A stretch of 62,108 bases of DNA, filler included, from Fonticula-like sp. SCN 57-25 (GCA_001724245.1; 9 parts of 9 records of this genome joined end to end with filler, not necessarily neighbours in it), one strand, 5' to 3'. Counted from the first letter of the whole stretch, positions 34,784 through 47,058 are shown. Made by a program: numbers and translations. Notes: generated from the sequence alone by a model not told the origin.

Positions 34784-35744
34784 ATGGCGGCCAAGCAGCA
34801 GGAGCAGGAGCGGCCGGTGCTGCAGGGACTTTCGTCCCTCCATGTCGGACTCGTTGGTAGGTATGCGCTTGCCGGAGCCATTTGCGCTACGGCGGGGCAC
34901 ACCGCGCTCGTGCCCATGGACGTCATCAAGACGCGCATGCAGGGGTCGCCCGGCATGTACGCCGGCGTGGGCGCCGCCGCCAAGCACATTGTTAAGTCCG
35001 AGGGCGCCGGCGCGCTCCTTCTGGGCCTCGCACCGACCTTTGTACGCGCGACTCGCTATTTTTTTCTTTTGCTAACAAGTGCGGCTGCAGACGGGCTATG
35101 CGGTGCAGGGTGCCTTCAAGTTTGGCGGCTTTGAAGTGTTCAAGAAGGCGTTTGTGTCGGCGCTCGGCCCCGAGACCGCTGGCGAGTACAAGTTCCTCGT
35201 GTACCTTACGTCGAGCGCGATGGCCGAGGTGCTTGGCAGCACTGCGCTGTGCCCCTTTGAGGCGGTCCGTATCCGCCTCGTGACGCAGCCCGCCTTTGGC
35301 GCGCTGGGCACGATCGGCTGCACGCGCAAGATGATCGCGCTCGAGGGCTTTGGCGGCCTTTTCAAGAGCATTGTGCCCATCCTGTTCAAGCAGGTGCCGT
35401 ACACGGCGGTGCAGCTCACCACGTTCCAGCTGCTGACGGATGCGGTGTACGGCAACTTTATCACCCGCAAGCTGTCGACCGCCGAGCAGCTCGGCGTCAC
35501 GATCACAAACGGCACCCTCGCCGGCATTGCCAGCGCCATTGCCAGCCACCCGGCCGACACCGTGCTCACCCGCATGAACATGAAGCAGGGACAGACGCTC
35601 ATGGGCGCCGTCAAGGAGCTCGGGTTCAAGGGTCTCTGGCTCGGCGTCGGAACTCGCGCGGGAATGGTCGGACTCATGTCCATGATCATGTTCCTCATCA
35701 ACGACTCGGTCAAGCTCGCCGTGGGTGTGCCGCTCGGAAAGTAG
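34784..35744 (+). CDS. Mitochondrial phosphate carrier-like (SLC25A3/PiC family)
   Basis: HTALVPMDVIKTRMQ, GYAVQGAFKFGGFEVFK, LCPFEAVRIRLV, KQVPYT, ASHPADT. Confidence 0.9.
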
Positions 35745-36082
35745 ACTTTATGCAACGGGAAGGCAAGCTAAAGATCATGCGCGATAAATGCCGACGCGCA
35801 CGTGAGATGCCGGGAAATTCAATCAACCCGCATCGTTTCTTTCGCCTTTTTGGTTCTCATGTACATACGAATGCCTTTACGCTATTAATACAAATGAATA
35901 CAAAAACACAGTGCAATGAATATTTTCTCTTTGCGTTTGCAGCCGCCGCCGCATAGGCAATGCAAACTTGTTTCTTGGACACGCGATGCGATATGCAAAC
36001 TAGTTTGCACCGTTTATTTATCGCGCGCCCCTCTCCAGGTCACGGGTCGGTCTCGCCGCGCGATTGGCATCTTACACGGCGA

Positions 36083-36907
36083 ATGTCGTCTCAAGAATGC
36101 CCCGAGCCGCAGAGTAATGTGGACTTGGCGCTTGGCACGTTCCTCCTTGTGGGCACGCTTGTTTCCTTTCTCCCCCAGCACATCCGCCTGTTCATGCGCA
36201 AGAGTCATGTCGGCCTCTCGCTTGGACGTGTGATTGTGGGGGCGGGCACCGGCACCGCGTCCGTGATCTACTTTGTTGCGCTCGAATCCTACGGCACATT
36301 CAACTGCTGCAACTCTCCCCTCGAGTGCTACAGCAATGTGCTCAACTTTTCCCAGATCCTGACCGCCGTTCTTTGCGACATGGGCATTCTCGTCCTCTTT
36401 GTTGTCTACTTTGATCACGAGTGGCTCGCCAAGAATCATCTCAACGAAGGTAAGCTGTGGCGTGCAACCAAGATCGCCGTCGGCGCCCTTCTATTCTACC
36501 AGCTGGCCCTCGTCGTGTCGGTGACCGTGCTCCTTCTGGGCCCCGGCCCCGGCAGCCCCGAGGCCGAGATGTACGGCTACGTCTTCATCGGCGTCACGTC
36601 GATCGGCCAGGTGGTGCAGTGGGTGCCGCAGATCTGGAAGTCGTACACGCTTCGCCACATCGGCTCCCTCTCGATCCCCATGGTCGTGCTGCAGGCGGTG
36701 GGCGCGGGCCTCACGGCGTACTTTACGAGCACGACCAACCCCGCCTTTTACTTTTGGCTGCCGTTCGCCATCTCGAGTCTCCTCGCCACCATCCTCTCGG
36801 TGCAGACGCTCTACTACTGGTACCACGACCGCAAGGAGCACGTCCCGGACATTCTCGAGCAGACGGCCGACGGAGAGGACAAGCCGCTCCTCGTCAACCA
36901 GGCGTAG
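36083..36907 (+). CDS. PQ-loop repeat 7-TM protein, intronless
   Basis: SFLPQHIRLFMRKSHVGLS and QWVPQIWKSYTLRHIGSLSI PQ motifs; C-terminal EDKPLL dileucine-like signal. Confidence 0.85.
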   Translation: MSSQECPEPQSNVDLALGTFLLVGTLVSFLPQHIRLFMRKSHVGLSLGRVIVGAGTGTASVIYFVALESYGTFNCCNSPLECYSNVLNFSQILTAVLCDMGILVLFVVYFDHEWLAKNHLNEGKLWRATKIAVGALLFYQLALVVSVTVLLLGPGPGSPEAEMYGYVFIGVTSIGQVVQWVPQIWKSYTLRHIGSLSIPMVVLQAVGAGLTAYFTSTTNPAFYFWLPFAISSLLATILSVQTLYYWYHDRKEHVPDILEQTADGEDKPLLVNQA

Positions 36908-37025
36908 CGCACGACGGCATCCTCGTCCGCAGCGCGCAAGCAAATAGAGAAAAGCAGTGTATTTTGTAAGGAAGAAATATACAACAGTGTTTTAAACTAA
37001 AGAGAGTGGTATTCAAATGGGGCGC

Positions 37026-37975
37026 TCAGCGGTTGCGCGTCCCGCCATAGCCGGCCGACGAGCGCGTTCCGCCCGACGACGACGACGACGACGAAGACGA
37101 CGAAGACCGACCGCCAAACCCGCCGCCGTATCCGCCGCCATACCCGCCTCCATACCCAGGGGCGTATCCGCCATACGTATTACTAAAACAACAACGTTAG
37201 TATACAATTTACTTACAAAACGTCACCAAATTGCGTACTTTCTGCGACCGAGGAGATACCCGAGCATTCCGCCGGTGGCCGCACCGCCCCACCATCCGCC
37301 GCCGATGCCGGACCCGATGCCCGATCCGACGCCGTACGATCCCGCCCCGGTGCCCGGCGGGCAATAGTTTGGTCCATAGTTGCCACCGTAGTTGCTGCCG
37401 TACTGTGACTGCGAGTAGCTTGGCGGCGCGCCCATGGCGGGGCGGGCCGACACGCACATCTTGAAGAGGAGGTAAGCGAGGCCTACGGCAAAGATGATGC
37501 TCCAGAAGCCCGAGGACGATCCGCTCTCGTAGCCCCGGGAAGTCGACGAAGAAAAGTAGCGGCTTCCCGACTGCTTCTCGCCCGTGTACAGCAGCTCGTA
37601 CTCGAGGCCACAGCTGCCGCGCAGCACGCGCTCATCGTTCGAGTCGTGGTAGCCCTCGCAGCCAACCGTGACGTCGCCAAATTTGACCGCGCGATCCAGC
37701 TCGGCCTCGCAGCGCCACTGGATGCTATCGCCGTCATAACCAACGTTTGTGCACTGCACAGTGCTCGGCTCGTACTGCGGCTTGCACGCGCCGCCGCCGA
37801 CGCAGCTCAGCTGAGGGACGGGCGATGTACGGCGGCCGGTCGTGCGCGCACCGGCATGGAAGGTGAGCGCGGACACATCACGGAGAAGAACAGAGGGGGA
37901 CGAGTTGCTGCCAAAGCCGTGGACACCGGCCACTATGACAGAGACCGACAAAAGAAATAAGGCAAGCCGACGCAT
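37026..37975 (-). CDS. SARAF: Store-operated calcium entry-associated regulatory factor (TMEM66)
   Basis: VLLRDVSALTF...TTGRRTSPVPQLSCVGG, QCTNVGYDG, VGCEGY...VLRGSCGLEYEL; GAATGGMLGYLLG; ends AGYGGTRNR*. Confidence 0.95.
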
Positions 37976-38396
37976 TCTCGATCGGCAACGATGTTCGCAC
38001 AGAAGAGCAAACGAATGTTCGTCGGTTGAAGGATGACGACATCACTTTTATGCCTTACGGGGAGGCTGATGATTGGATGGAATCGGCCAATGAGGCGAGT
38101 TTTTCCATATAGGTGGGTTCAAGCGTTCAAGCGGTGGGCATCGGTGTACCTCGAGTGTCCAGCGCGACATTACGTGCATTGCATGCATAGCGCCGACATG
38201 TCTGCCTTGCAAATAACCTTTTGAAAGTTCTCTCCAGTCTAGGCTCCCTTTTTGTGAATGTGATTGGGTGCCGCGATCATCGAGGAGCATGTCGCCCGCC
38301 CCTTCCCGGGGCGTCAGGGGATCGCGCGCCCTCCCTGGGATGCCGTCGACAGGTGAATGACGGCCTGCTTCTCGCTTCTTCTCTCCAGACCCAGCC

Positions 38397-39382
38397 ATGG
38401 CGTACGGTTCTATGCAGGCGATGGCGGTGCTGGTGGTATGCTGTGCATGCTCGATGTTTGTCCCGCGCTGATCCCCGCACGCAGGCGGCGGGTGCGCTGA
38501 CCGTGTCCATCGCTCGCCGCAAGTCGCACTCGATCGCGCTCACCGGCGAGCCGTCGAACGTGAACGAGCCCCCGCAAAAGCCGCACACCGAGTACATTTC
38601 GGTGCGCCGCCAGCCTTGGAGCCAGTTCCAGTATCAGCAGGAAGCTGTATGGCGTATCTTTATGTTGCCTCTGCGTCTGCTGCATCTGCTTCTCTATTTG
38701 CAGTTTCTTGTCTGTTTCCAATCTCTTTCTCTTTGTTGCTTCCTTTACTTCCTTTTCTCTTTCAATTTCTCACTTGCTTACTTAATTGCAGCGCACGGTG
38801 GACCCCCGCCACCCCGACATGTCGAGCCACGGCTATCAGCAGATGAAGGACGCGCACGAGCTGGGCATCGGCGAGACTGTCGGCGAGCGCGTCATGTCGG
38901 CAAGCCGCAAGGCGCTCCAAAAGGTGCAGTTCCAGATGCAGCCGCTGACGCAGTTCCGCCAGCATCTTCAGGGGATGCACTACGACCCCGCCGGGGTCGG
39001 CCCAGTGATCGAGACGCACACGTACTCGTCGCACCTAAGCGAGGACTGCTGGCAGGGCCTGATCTACGACTCTGACCAGTCAAACGCTCGCCTGATCGGC
39101 ATCGAGTACATGATCTCGCCGCGGCTGTACAAGCAGCTGCCGGCCGAGGAGCGCTCCCTGTGGCACAGGCACGATATTGAGGTCCGCGAGAACACGATCA
39201 AGGCGCCGCTCTTGCCGCTGGGCACCAGCGAGGCAGTCCTGGGCGACCTCTCCATCACGTATGGAAAGTCGTTTTACTTTTGGCAGCCGGATCGCGGGCA
39301 GACGCTTCCCGTCGGCCACCCGGTCCACTTTCAAAACGACGTTGCCGCTGTCAAGCGCGCAGGAATCGTCCCTCCTACCTGA
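38397..39382 (+). CDS. DUF1264 / oil body-associated protein family, multi-exon
   Basis: IETHTYSSHLSEDCWQGLIYDSDQSNARLIGIEYMISPRLYKQLPAEERSLWHRH; TYGKSFYFWQPDRG. Confidence 0.85.
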
Positions 39383-39460
39383 TTTCATTGATTATCCATT
39401 TGATTGCACCGTCCAATTAATATATACCCCACGAAATCATGATAGTGAGACGATTCCCAG

Positions 39461-40232
39461 ATGGACGACAGCCGGCTCGCGCGCCTGGTGACGCAGGTGT
39501 CGTCGGCGCCCTCTGGGGGCGCGTACGGCACCGGCGCCTACTACAGCGGCCCTTCGGCGGGCTACACGCCGTACCAGGCGCTCAAAAGCTCGCCTCACCT
39601 CGGCACGGAAAAGCATTTTGCAGGTACGCGCGACGCAATCCCGTCATGATCGTTGGGCTCACCTTCGTTGCCCTGCCGCAGACCTGCTCATCTTTGAGCA
39701 TCGCATTCGGCAGAACCTCTCTGCCGTCAACCAGACATGGTTCCGCTACCAATTACTCGCGGTTTCCCTTGTCCTTTTAATGGTCTACGCCGGGTGGTCG
39801 CTCGGTGATTCCTCCTCCATGTCGCCGGCATCGTACTGGGTGCATCTCAGCCTCTTTGCCGTGTCGGGCGGCGCGCTCGCCGCCCTCATCAGCTCGGGTG
39901 TTTACGCCGAGCAGACGGCGCAGGCGCGCTCTTTCCTGCCGCGCTGCCAGCGCTCCCTGGCCAACTTTTGCCTCGGTTTCGAGGAGGAAGGCGGCGGTCA
40001 GCTCGCCATCCTGGCCAGGAGAAGGCTGCCGGCCAAGTTTGTGCAAGAGTTCAATCAGTTTAGGGAGACGATACGGGGGCGCGACGGCGCGGACGGGGCG
40101 GCTGCGGCGGCCGCTTTCGACCAGTCGGCCGGCGCAAGCTCGGCCATCATCGCCGGCGATGCCCTTGCCAGCAGCATGCCGAGCGCCCCAGCCGACACGG
40201 ACGACGGGCGATACCGGTCGCATACAGAGTGA
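39461..40232 (+). CDS. Spo7/CNEP1R1-like regulatory subunit of the Nem1/CTDNEP1 phosphatase
   Basis: DLLIFEHRIRQNL...RYQLLAVSL, two TM segments, FLPRCQRSLANF. Confidence 0.65.
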
Positions 40233-40778
40233 TATAACAAGGCATATATGTTGATGTTTATAGTAAATATAATAGAATACGCTTATTCGAATTGGTATTT
40301 CAATTGATATTTTATTGCAGCGCATATTCCACGATGCATCTACTTACAAAGGCCGCGCTGACCGAGCCGGCCACCGCCGCCCAATCCCGCGCGCCATCCG
40401 CCCTCCATCATCGCTCTATCAAAACACATTACAACGCCTACAGCACGATAGATAGAAGCAAAATAATCGCAAACATAAAAAAGAGCCGCCAAAAAAGGAG
40501 CGGCCCGAAAACGACAAACAAAACTGACGAAAAAGTGCCGCAAAACGCACTTTTCCATCTCTGGTTCTTTTTCAAGCGCGCCACCGCGCGGCTTTTCATC
40601 CATCACACCATCTAATATCGCACACGGCCCAACGACAAACGACCGCCATTATTGAAGTTGAAAGTCACCAAAGCAAGTCACCAATGACACTCATGGTCAT
40701 CAATGCCAAAGACACTCATCATCATCAACAACAGTCAGCCATCATCATCAACCCTCCTCATTCACTCTTCCTATGCTT

Positions 40779-42279
40779 CTAGTTCTTGTACGCGAGCAAG
40801 ATCGACTTGCCGATCTCGTACGTCGTCCAGCTGATCGCCGCACTGGGCGCGTTGACGAGGACACGTGGCCGCGCGCCGCGCATGAGCCCCGTCCACCCCT
40901 CCTCCCGAAAGATCCCCTTGAGCGCGCTCACCAGCCCCGTGTACTGCGGGCTCTTCCCCTGAATCTGCCCCGGAGTCTGCGCCACGCTCGCCGCGCCGCG
41001 CCGCTGCGCCAGCGACGACAGCGACGCGACGCCGGCGGGGCTCATCTTGCTAATGCTGCTGCTGCCGGCGTCCGCCACGCCGCCGCCGCCCAGCTTGCCC
41101 ATATACGCATGCCGCGACGAAGCAGAAGAGCCAGAGGAAAGAGAAGACACAGGGCCAGATACAGGGGCAGACACAGCACCGACTGCACCTGCACCTGCCG
41201 CCGCCTCGGCCGCCGCGACGATTGCCTGCGTCTGCAGCCGCGTCTTTGCGACGTCGAGCGGCGTCGTGACAAAGGCCGCGACGCCGCCCGCGATGAGGCC
41301 TGCGCCGAGCGAGAGCGCGAGCTGCCCCGCGTACGTCTCGCGCGGGCCGACGGCGTACTTGATGGCCTCGTTGAGCGGGACGAGCACGCCGTGGAGCGGG
41401 ACGTTCATCGTGAGCGTCGTCATGTACGAGCGGTAAAAGGCGCCGAGGCCTTCGGTGCGCGCGACGGAGCGGACGCAGTCCCACATGCCAGTGTAGTAGC
41501 CGAGCTGAAGGCGCTGCTTCACAACGTCCATGGGGGTCATGATCATGTCGTGCGCGCAGACCGAGGCGGCGCCGGCGAGGGCGAGGCCGGCGGGGTGCGA
41601 GGAAGAGTTGTGCTTGACTGAGGGGAAAGGGTCAGAAACAGGAAGAAAAGGGGGAGGAAAACTAATCAAAAATAGACCACAAACATACCAAAACACGATG
41701 AAAATGAACGGAAATGGGCACAAATGGGCCACAAACAGGTAAATTACCAGCAAGTTTACCACGTACGCAAATGTAATACACGACACAGCATTGAGGTAAA
41801 CCGTCACAGGAAACGAGACAAAAATGCACAAAAACAAACAAAAGTACACTTTTAACGACACAATGGCTCTCTTTGGCAACCCAGTCCATTCTCCATGATC
41901 ACAATGGCGTACTTGTCTCGTAGATGCTAAAGTAGACCGCGTGCGCTGGGAGGCATCCGACGAGCATGGTCTGCACGCCGCGCCACAACCGCAGGATGCC
42001 CGCGCCATCAACGAGCCTCGAGTACTGCGTGAGCGCCGAGACGGGCTCGGCCGAGCGCAGCGCCTGCATGTGTGTCTGTCATGGGGAGATCACCTCGTTA
42101 GCACATGGTGCACGCGGGGGGGGGCTGGTCAAAAGACGCACCTTTACAGTATCCACAGGGTACATGACTACGTGCTCGCTGAGGCCCGCCATTGAACCGG
42201 CTAGCATGTGGTGGTGGAGCGAGAGCCCGCTCTCGGGGCTGTACTCCTCCCAGTCGTCATCAAAGGCCGCCGCCGACAT
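40779..42279 (-). CDS. Mitoferrin (Mrs3/4, SLC25A28/37 family), multi-exon
   Basis: DDWEEY, HMLAGSMAGLSEHVVMYPVDTVK, GCLPAHAVYF, HDMIMTPMDVVKQRLQ, AFYRSYMTTLTMNVP, PSAAISWTTYE. Confidence 0.93.
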
Positions 42280-42828
42280 GGGGGGCAGGATTGAGGCAGA
42301 GGCAAGGGGAAGATCACGCGACAATGACCAAGCAGAATCGTGCGGCGCTGTATCCAAAAACGGACGATAACGGACGCACACGAAAAAGAAAGAGTGACGC
42401 GCGACGCTCCTTGCGTAGAGAGAGAACACCGGCGCACTCGAGCGGCGAAAGGATTACCAAGAACGGCGCACACGCCAACGCTGCTTGCGCTCAAGACCTC
42501 GCGCTCGAAAATGGCGTCAAGGTACCAAAGTGACAACGGATTTCAATGCCACTTGGGTCCCTCATCACGTGACGGGAGTTGACATCATTGGCCGCTTTCC
42601 TTATCACATTCGCAACTCTGGCTCGGCGATGCCGCTCCGTCCTGCACACGTGACAGGAGGGGCGGCTGAGCCAAGCAAAGATGCACGGCACAGCGACAAA
42701 AAGTCGTGACACAAAACAGCATTTCATGGCACACACCGTTAATTGCACGCGATCCGGCTGTTGCTGCGTTCAGATGCGGCGCATCCCTCCGTTCCCTTCT
42801 GATTGTCCTGATCCCACCTGATTTTGGC

Positions 42829-42851
42829 GTCACGTGACGTCATCACGTGAC
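42829..42851. promoter_or_regulatory. Cluster of overlapping CLEAR/E-box and CRE palindromes
   Basis: GTCACGTGAC 42829-42838, TGACGTCA 42835-42842, TCACGTGAC 42843-42851. Confidence 0.4.
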
Positions 42852-42914
42852 CCAGTTTCTGCGCCGCTGCACGGACGACCGCAAAGGGGGAGTGTACCGT
42901 TGTGCTCTGCAACC

Positions 42915-43289
42915 ATGCCGTACATTCTCAAGCTGCGCGTGGTCGAGGCGCGCGACCTCCCAGTCATGGACAAGCGGAGCGACTCTACGGACGCTTATGT
43001 CGACGTTCTCTTTGGCGAGATCGAGGAGAGCACCAAGGTCGTAAGGTGCGCACCGCCCTTGAAGCCATCACGCCCATGTTCACGCGTCTGTGCATTACAA
43101 TAGGAAAACGCTCAGCCCAGCGTGGAATGAAGACTTTCGTTTTGAAGTGCCGGACGACAGCCTTGTGCAGAACGAAGTGGTGCGTTCCCCTTTGCCCAAT
43201 GCCGACTGACGAAGAGTCTTACCATTGCGCCATTCACAGCTCGAGCTGCGCGTAATGGACTTTGATCAGGTGTCGCGCGACGACGCCGT
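42915..43289 (+). CDS. C2CD5: C2 domain-containing protein 5, 5' part
   Basis: MPYILKLRVVEARDLPVMDKRSDSTDAYVDV...KTLSPAWNEDFRFEV...LELRVMDFD. Confidence 0.8.
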
Positions 43290-43427
43290 NNNNNNNNNNN
43301 NNNNNNNNNNNNNNNNNNNNNNNNNNNNNNNNNTTAATTAATTAANNNNNNNNNNNNNNNNNNNNNNNNNNNNNNNNNNNNNNNNNNNNCACAACATCTC
43401 TTTTCCTTTACGTATCGATCCGTAAAC

Positions 43428-43619
43428 ATGCTCCGCACCGGTGTCCGTCGTGTTCTCTCGGTTGTCTCGCGCTCGGAGGGCGACCTCGTCCGCGGCAACT
43501 CGACCTTCCGCAACAAGGAGAAGGCCATCGAGGACCAGTACATTCGCCAGAAGGAGTCCGAGGCCGCCAAGCTCGCCGAGAAGAAGAAGGCTGCCGAGAA
43601 GCCCGCTGAGAAGAAGTAG
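43428..43619 (+). CDS. Mitochondrial ATPase inhibitor IF1
   Basis: Presequence + SEGD...FRNKEKAIEDQYIRQKE, Lys/Glu-rich tail, 63 aa. Confidence 0.8.
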   Translation: MLRTGVRRVLSVVSRSEGDLVRGNSTFRNKEKAIEDQYIRQKESEAAKLAEKKKAAEKPAEKK

Positions 43620-43903
43620 AGGAACGGGGGGATGAAGGGGGACGCGTAAAGGAATTTTAGCGGCCTCTTTTCTCTTCTTGTTCTCTTTCTCTTTCTTTCT
43701 GTTGCTTTCTTATTCCCTTGTGGTTGGTTACTTTCTCGAAGCATTGCTTTGCAGTTGCTTTCGCGCAAGCTTTCGCCATTAAAATTGTATGTATGCCGGC
43801 CGCTCGCTCGTGATGAATAGTCATGAAGCGTGCCCTGCAACCCAATATCTATTCATAACCCTATTCATGCCGCCCCTTTTTCTGTTTCGTTCCACTGTAT
43901 TGT

Positions 43904-44764
43904 TTACGCGCTCTGGCTCACACTGTCGACCACGGCGCTATCGATTGCGCTGTCGATGGCACTGTCGATAACAACTGGCGCCTGCACGTCCTCTGCCTCG
44001 CCGCCGCCGTCGGTTTGCGTTGACGCGTCCACCATCTGCCGCACGGGGCGAGGCGCGGCGGTGGCGACGGCCGACTTGAGCGCCCCTAGCGCGTCCATGA
44101 TATCGTCGGTTCGCTCAATGAGGGCGAGGAGAGAGCGGCTCGTGTCCTGGCTGCGCGTGTCCACCGGCGGGCTCAGCGGGCTCGCCGTCAGCCGGAAAGG
44201 GCGCTGCTGCCGCGGCGGCGGCGTCACGGGCGGCGGCGCGTCCCCGCCCTTTTCATCAAAGTAGAGAATGTTGTTTTGGGGCTCGCGCGGCGGGTCGGGC
44301 TGCGAAGAGATGTAGGTCAGCTTGGGGGAAAGGAAAGGCGTGCGTGGCTCGTCGAGATAGTCGCGTTTGCGGGAGCGGTACCGCTCGAGTTGCTCGTCCA
44401 CAAACGACTTGCCGCGCGGCGCTTCGTCGCCAGAGCTGTCGCTAAAGTCGGCACCACGCTTGGCGGGCGACCCAAACACTGCAATGGCGCATTAGAAAGC
44501 ATAAGAGAGCACAAAAGCACAGAGAAAAAGTGCGTACATGATGCGTTGCCGGCATTCTCCAGCGCGATGAGGTCCACGCTCCCGGTCGAGCTGTAAGGGT
44601 GCCCGACCACGACGCCCGCCTTGCGCACGCGCTCGAGATACTGCTCCTGCCGCTGGCGCGGCGACACCTTGCCCTTTAAAACGCGGCTCCTGCGCGCGAG
44701 TTAGCCACATGGAATAGAGCGGCAGCGTCGCTTTGGCGGACCGCGCTCCTCCCGTCCAGTTCAT
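43904..44764 (-). CDS. REDIC1/C12orf40/HEIP1-like meiotic crossover factor, multi-exon (3' end uncertain)
   Basis: Spliced N-terminus MNWTGGAR|SRVLKGKVSPRQRQEQYLERVRK...SVDLIAL resembles C12orf40 MNWVGGSRSRVL...KQKEYF...SLD. Confidence 0.65.
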
Positions 44765-44976
44765 GGCAGTGCCCAAAGTGAATTCGGCGAATTCAAAATG
44801 GGCAGCAGAAAGCCTCAAGGCGGGGCGGCGGCCGACATTGTCGAGCGGGACATTGTCAAGCGGTAGAGTGTCAAGCGCACTTTGTGTAATACATTGTTAT
44901 TAAATCTTCTTTAAGGGTGAAGATAATTGAAATAGGTACAATATACAGGTCATTAAAAAATTGTCTATCGAGCCGG

Positions 44977-46026
44977 CTAGATGACGAGCAGGTTCTTAAG
45001 GTACTCGTATGTAACGAATGAGACGCCCGTTGTCGGCGCGACCTTGATGTAGTTGATGGAGAGGCCAACAAAAAAGCCCCGAATCCCCTCCTTTGCAAAA
45101 ATGAGCTTTGCAACCTTGCTCATGCTCAGCGTGCTTGACGCGGACGCGTTCCGTACGTGCTCGACCTGCATCTGCCGGCGGACCACGTCCAGCGGGTACG
45201 CCACGGTCTGCGCCACGGCGCCAGCGACGGCGCCAACGGTCAGTCGAATGGGCGTCGGCAGCGCTTTCGACGACTCGTTCTCGTAGCGGGTGTTCCAGTG
45301 TTGCTGGAAAAAGTGCTTGAGGGTGTCGTAGGTGAAGAAGGACACGCCAGCGTACGGGACAATGCCCATGATCGTCGGGACAAAGCCGCGGTAGAGGACG
45401 GCGATGCCGCCAGACTCTTTGAGCGGCGTCATCAGCGAGTTGTACAGAGCGTGCTTCTGCGGCTTGGTGTGCACCGTGTAGGCGATCCGCGCGCGAGCTA
45501 CGTCAAGCGGGTACGTGAACAGGACAGATATCGTCCCGGCGGCCGATCCCGCAAGTAACCGCGATAGGGGATGCTCAAACTGGCGGTTTCCATTTAATAG
45601 CTGGTACAAGGGTCAGTCAACCGAAAAGCAAGATGGGTTACGTACATGCTTGATCTGCTCGTATGACATGTATTGAATCGCGGCGTAGGGAAAGATGCGC
45701 GCGAGCGTCGCTGAATGGCCGCGGAAGCACGCGGCGATGCCATCCCGCTGGACGATGGCGCCGAGCGCGCGAAACACGCCGATAAACGACCCTGCAAGCG
45801 ACACACATGTTAGCTGTGCGTTGTACGTCTGCGATCGCGCACCTCTGTACTGCGTAAAGTGTGGCTGGCCCGTCTGGAAGAGGATCTTCACGCGGTCCAG
45901 CGGCGCGATGACCGACTTTGCGACGCATCCCGCGACGCCGCCCGCGAGCATTGATTTGAGCACATATGATATGTTTTGCTTGTCGGTTCCCGGCCGCGCG
46001 GGCCCGTCGTCCCGAACGCCGCCCAT
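44977..46026 (-). CDS. Mitochondrial CoA transporter (Leu5/SLC25A16 family), 3 exons
   Basis: AGGVAGCVAKSVIAPLDRVKILFQ, GHSATLARIFPYAAIQY, TYPLDVARARIAY, GLSINYIKVAP. Confidence 0.9.
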
Positions 46027-46206
46027 CCGCAAGAGATCGACCGGGATCCACCAGCCACCCCGCACTCAACCTGCAGCAGCGCGTGACAAATCGTCAAAAA
46101 ATCGCACTTCTCGCAACACGCCTGCCACATCACTGTGACAGTATTGTCACATCCTTGTGCAAAAGCGTTTGTCTCTTTTGTCCCCGCGCGTCAAGGGAAA
46201 ACGAAC

Positions 46207-47058
46207 ATGTCAGGTGCGCCAGTTGGGCGGCCAATGACAGGTCTCATGGGAGGCTCGCTGGATGCCCCGGGGCTCGCCCGCTTCGAGGGTCAGGTTTTTA
46301 CAGATCAGTTCATGGAGTATGTGAGGTCGCTCGCCCCCGACGCGTCGACCGCGCGCTTCGATTTCGACCCCAACCAGATGTCTGTCAATGTGCAGCTCAT
46401 CAATGTCTCCGTAGGGGGGCCCGGTAGCGCGGCCGCCCCGATGGCCGGCGTATTGACCAATTTGCCCTCTATGGGAGGACTGGCGGACGGATCGCAGCGC
46501 GCCCTCGAGCCGGAAGGTGCGCCTCATTGGTTCAATCGTGCCCCGTACTGATTCTGGCAACCTCAGGCTCGCAATCGCCCAAGCCGACGATCGACCGCGT
46601 GCGCAATCTGCAGGAACTTGTCGACCAATGGACCAAGGGAATTGACGGGAAGCCGCCGCTCCGTCAGTGGAGGCAGGGCCTTGGGACTCTGCGCGGGGGA
46701 CGGCGCGCCGCCACCGCATCCCTCTTTGATGCCCGCGCGGTACGTCCTCGCTCGATTACCAACTGCACATGTCGTGTAAAACGCGTTTTTCTTTCGTTTT
46801 GCTAATTTTACGTCACTTTTTCCCTTTTTCTTTACGTTTAAACAGCAAATTGGAAATGAATTTGACCGTCTCGGCGAGCGGGAATTCTGGCGGCTATACA
46901 AGGGCAAGACGATCACGCAGGCGCGCGCGAGCATCGCGGCTGCTCATCGCGTCACCACCGGCGGGAGCAACGGCCTGCAGCAAGAGTCCACGCCGCCGCC
47001 GCAGCAGCCGCCGCCATCGATGCCGTCGGACCCCGCCCCTGCTACCCAGCGCACATAA
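46207..47058 (+). CDS. Putative GCR1_C-like DNA-binding protein, 3 exons
   Basis: VRNLQELVDQWTKGIDGKPPLRQW...FDAR|QQIGNEF resembles the GCR1_C (Gcr1/Hot1/Msn1) motif. Confidence 0.5.
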
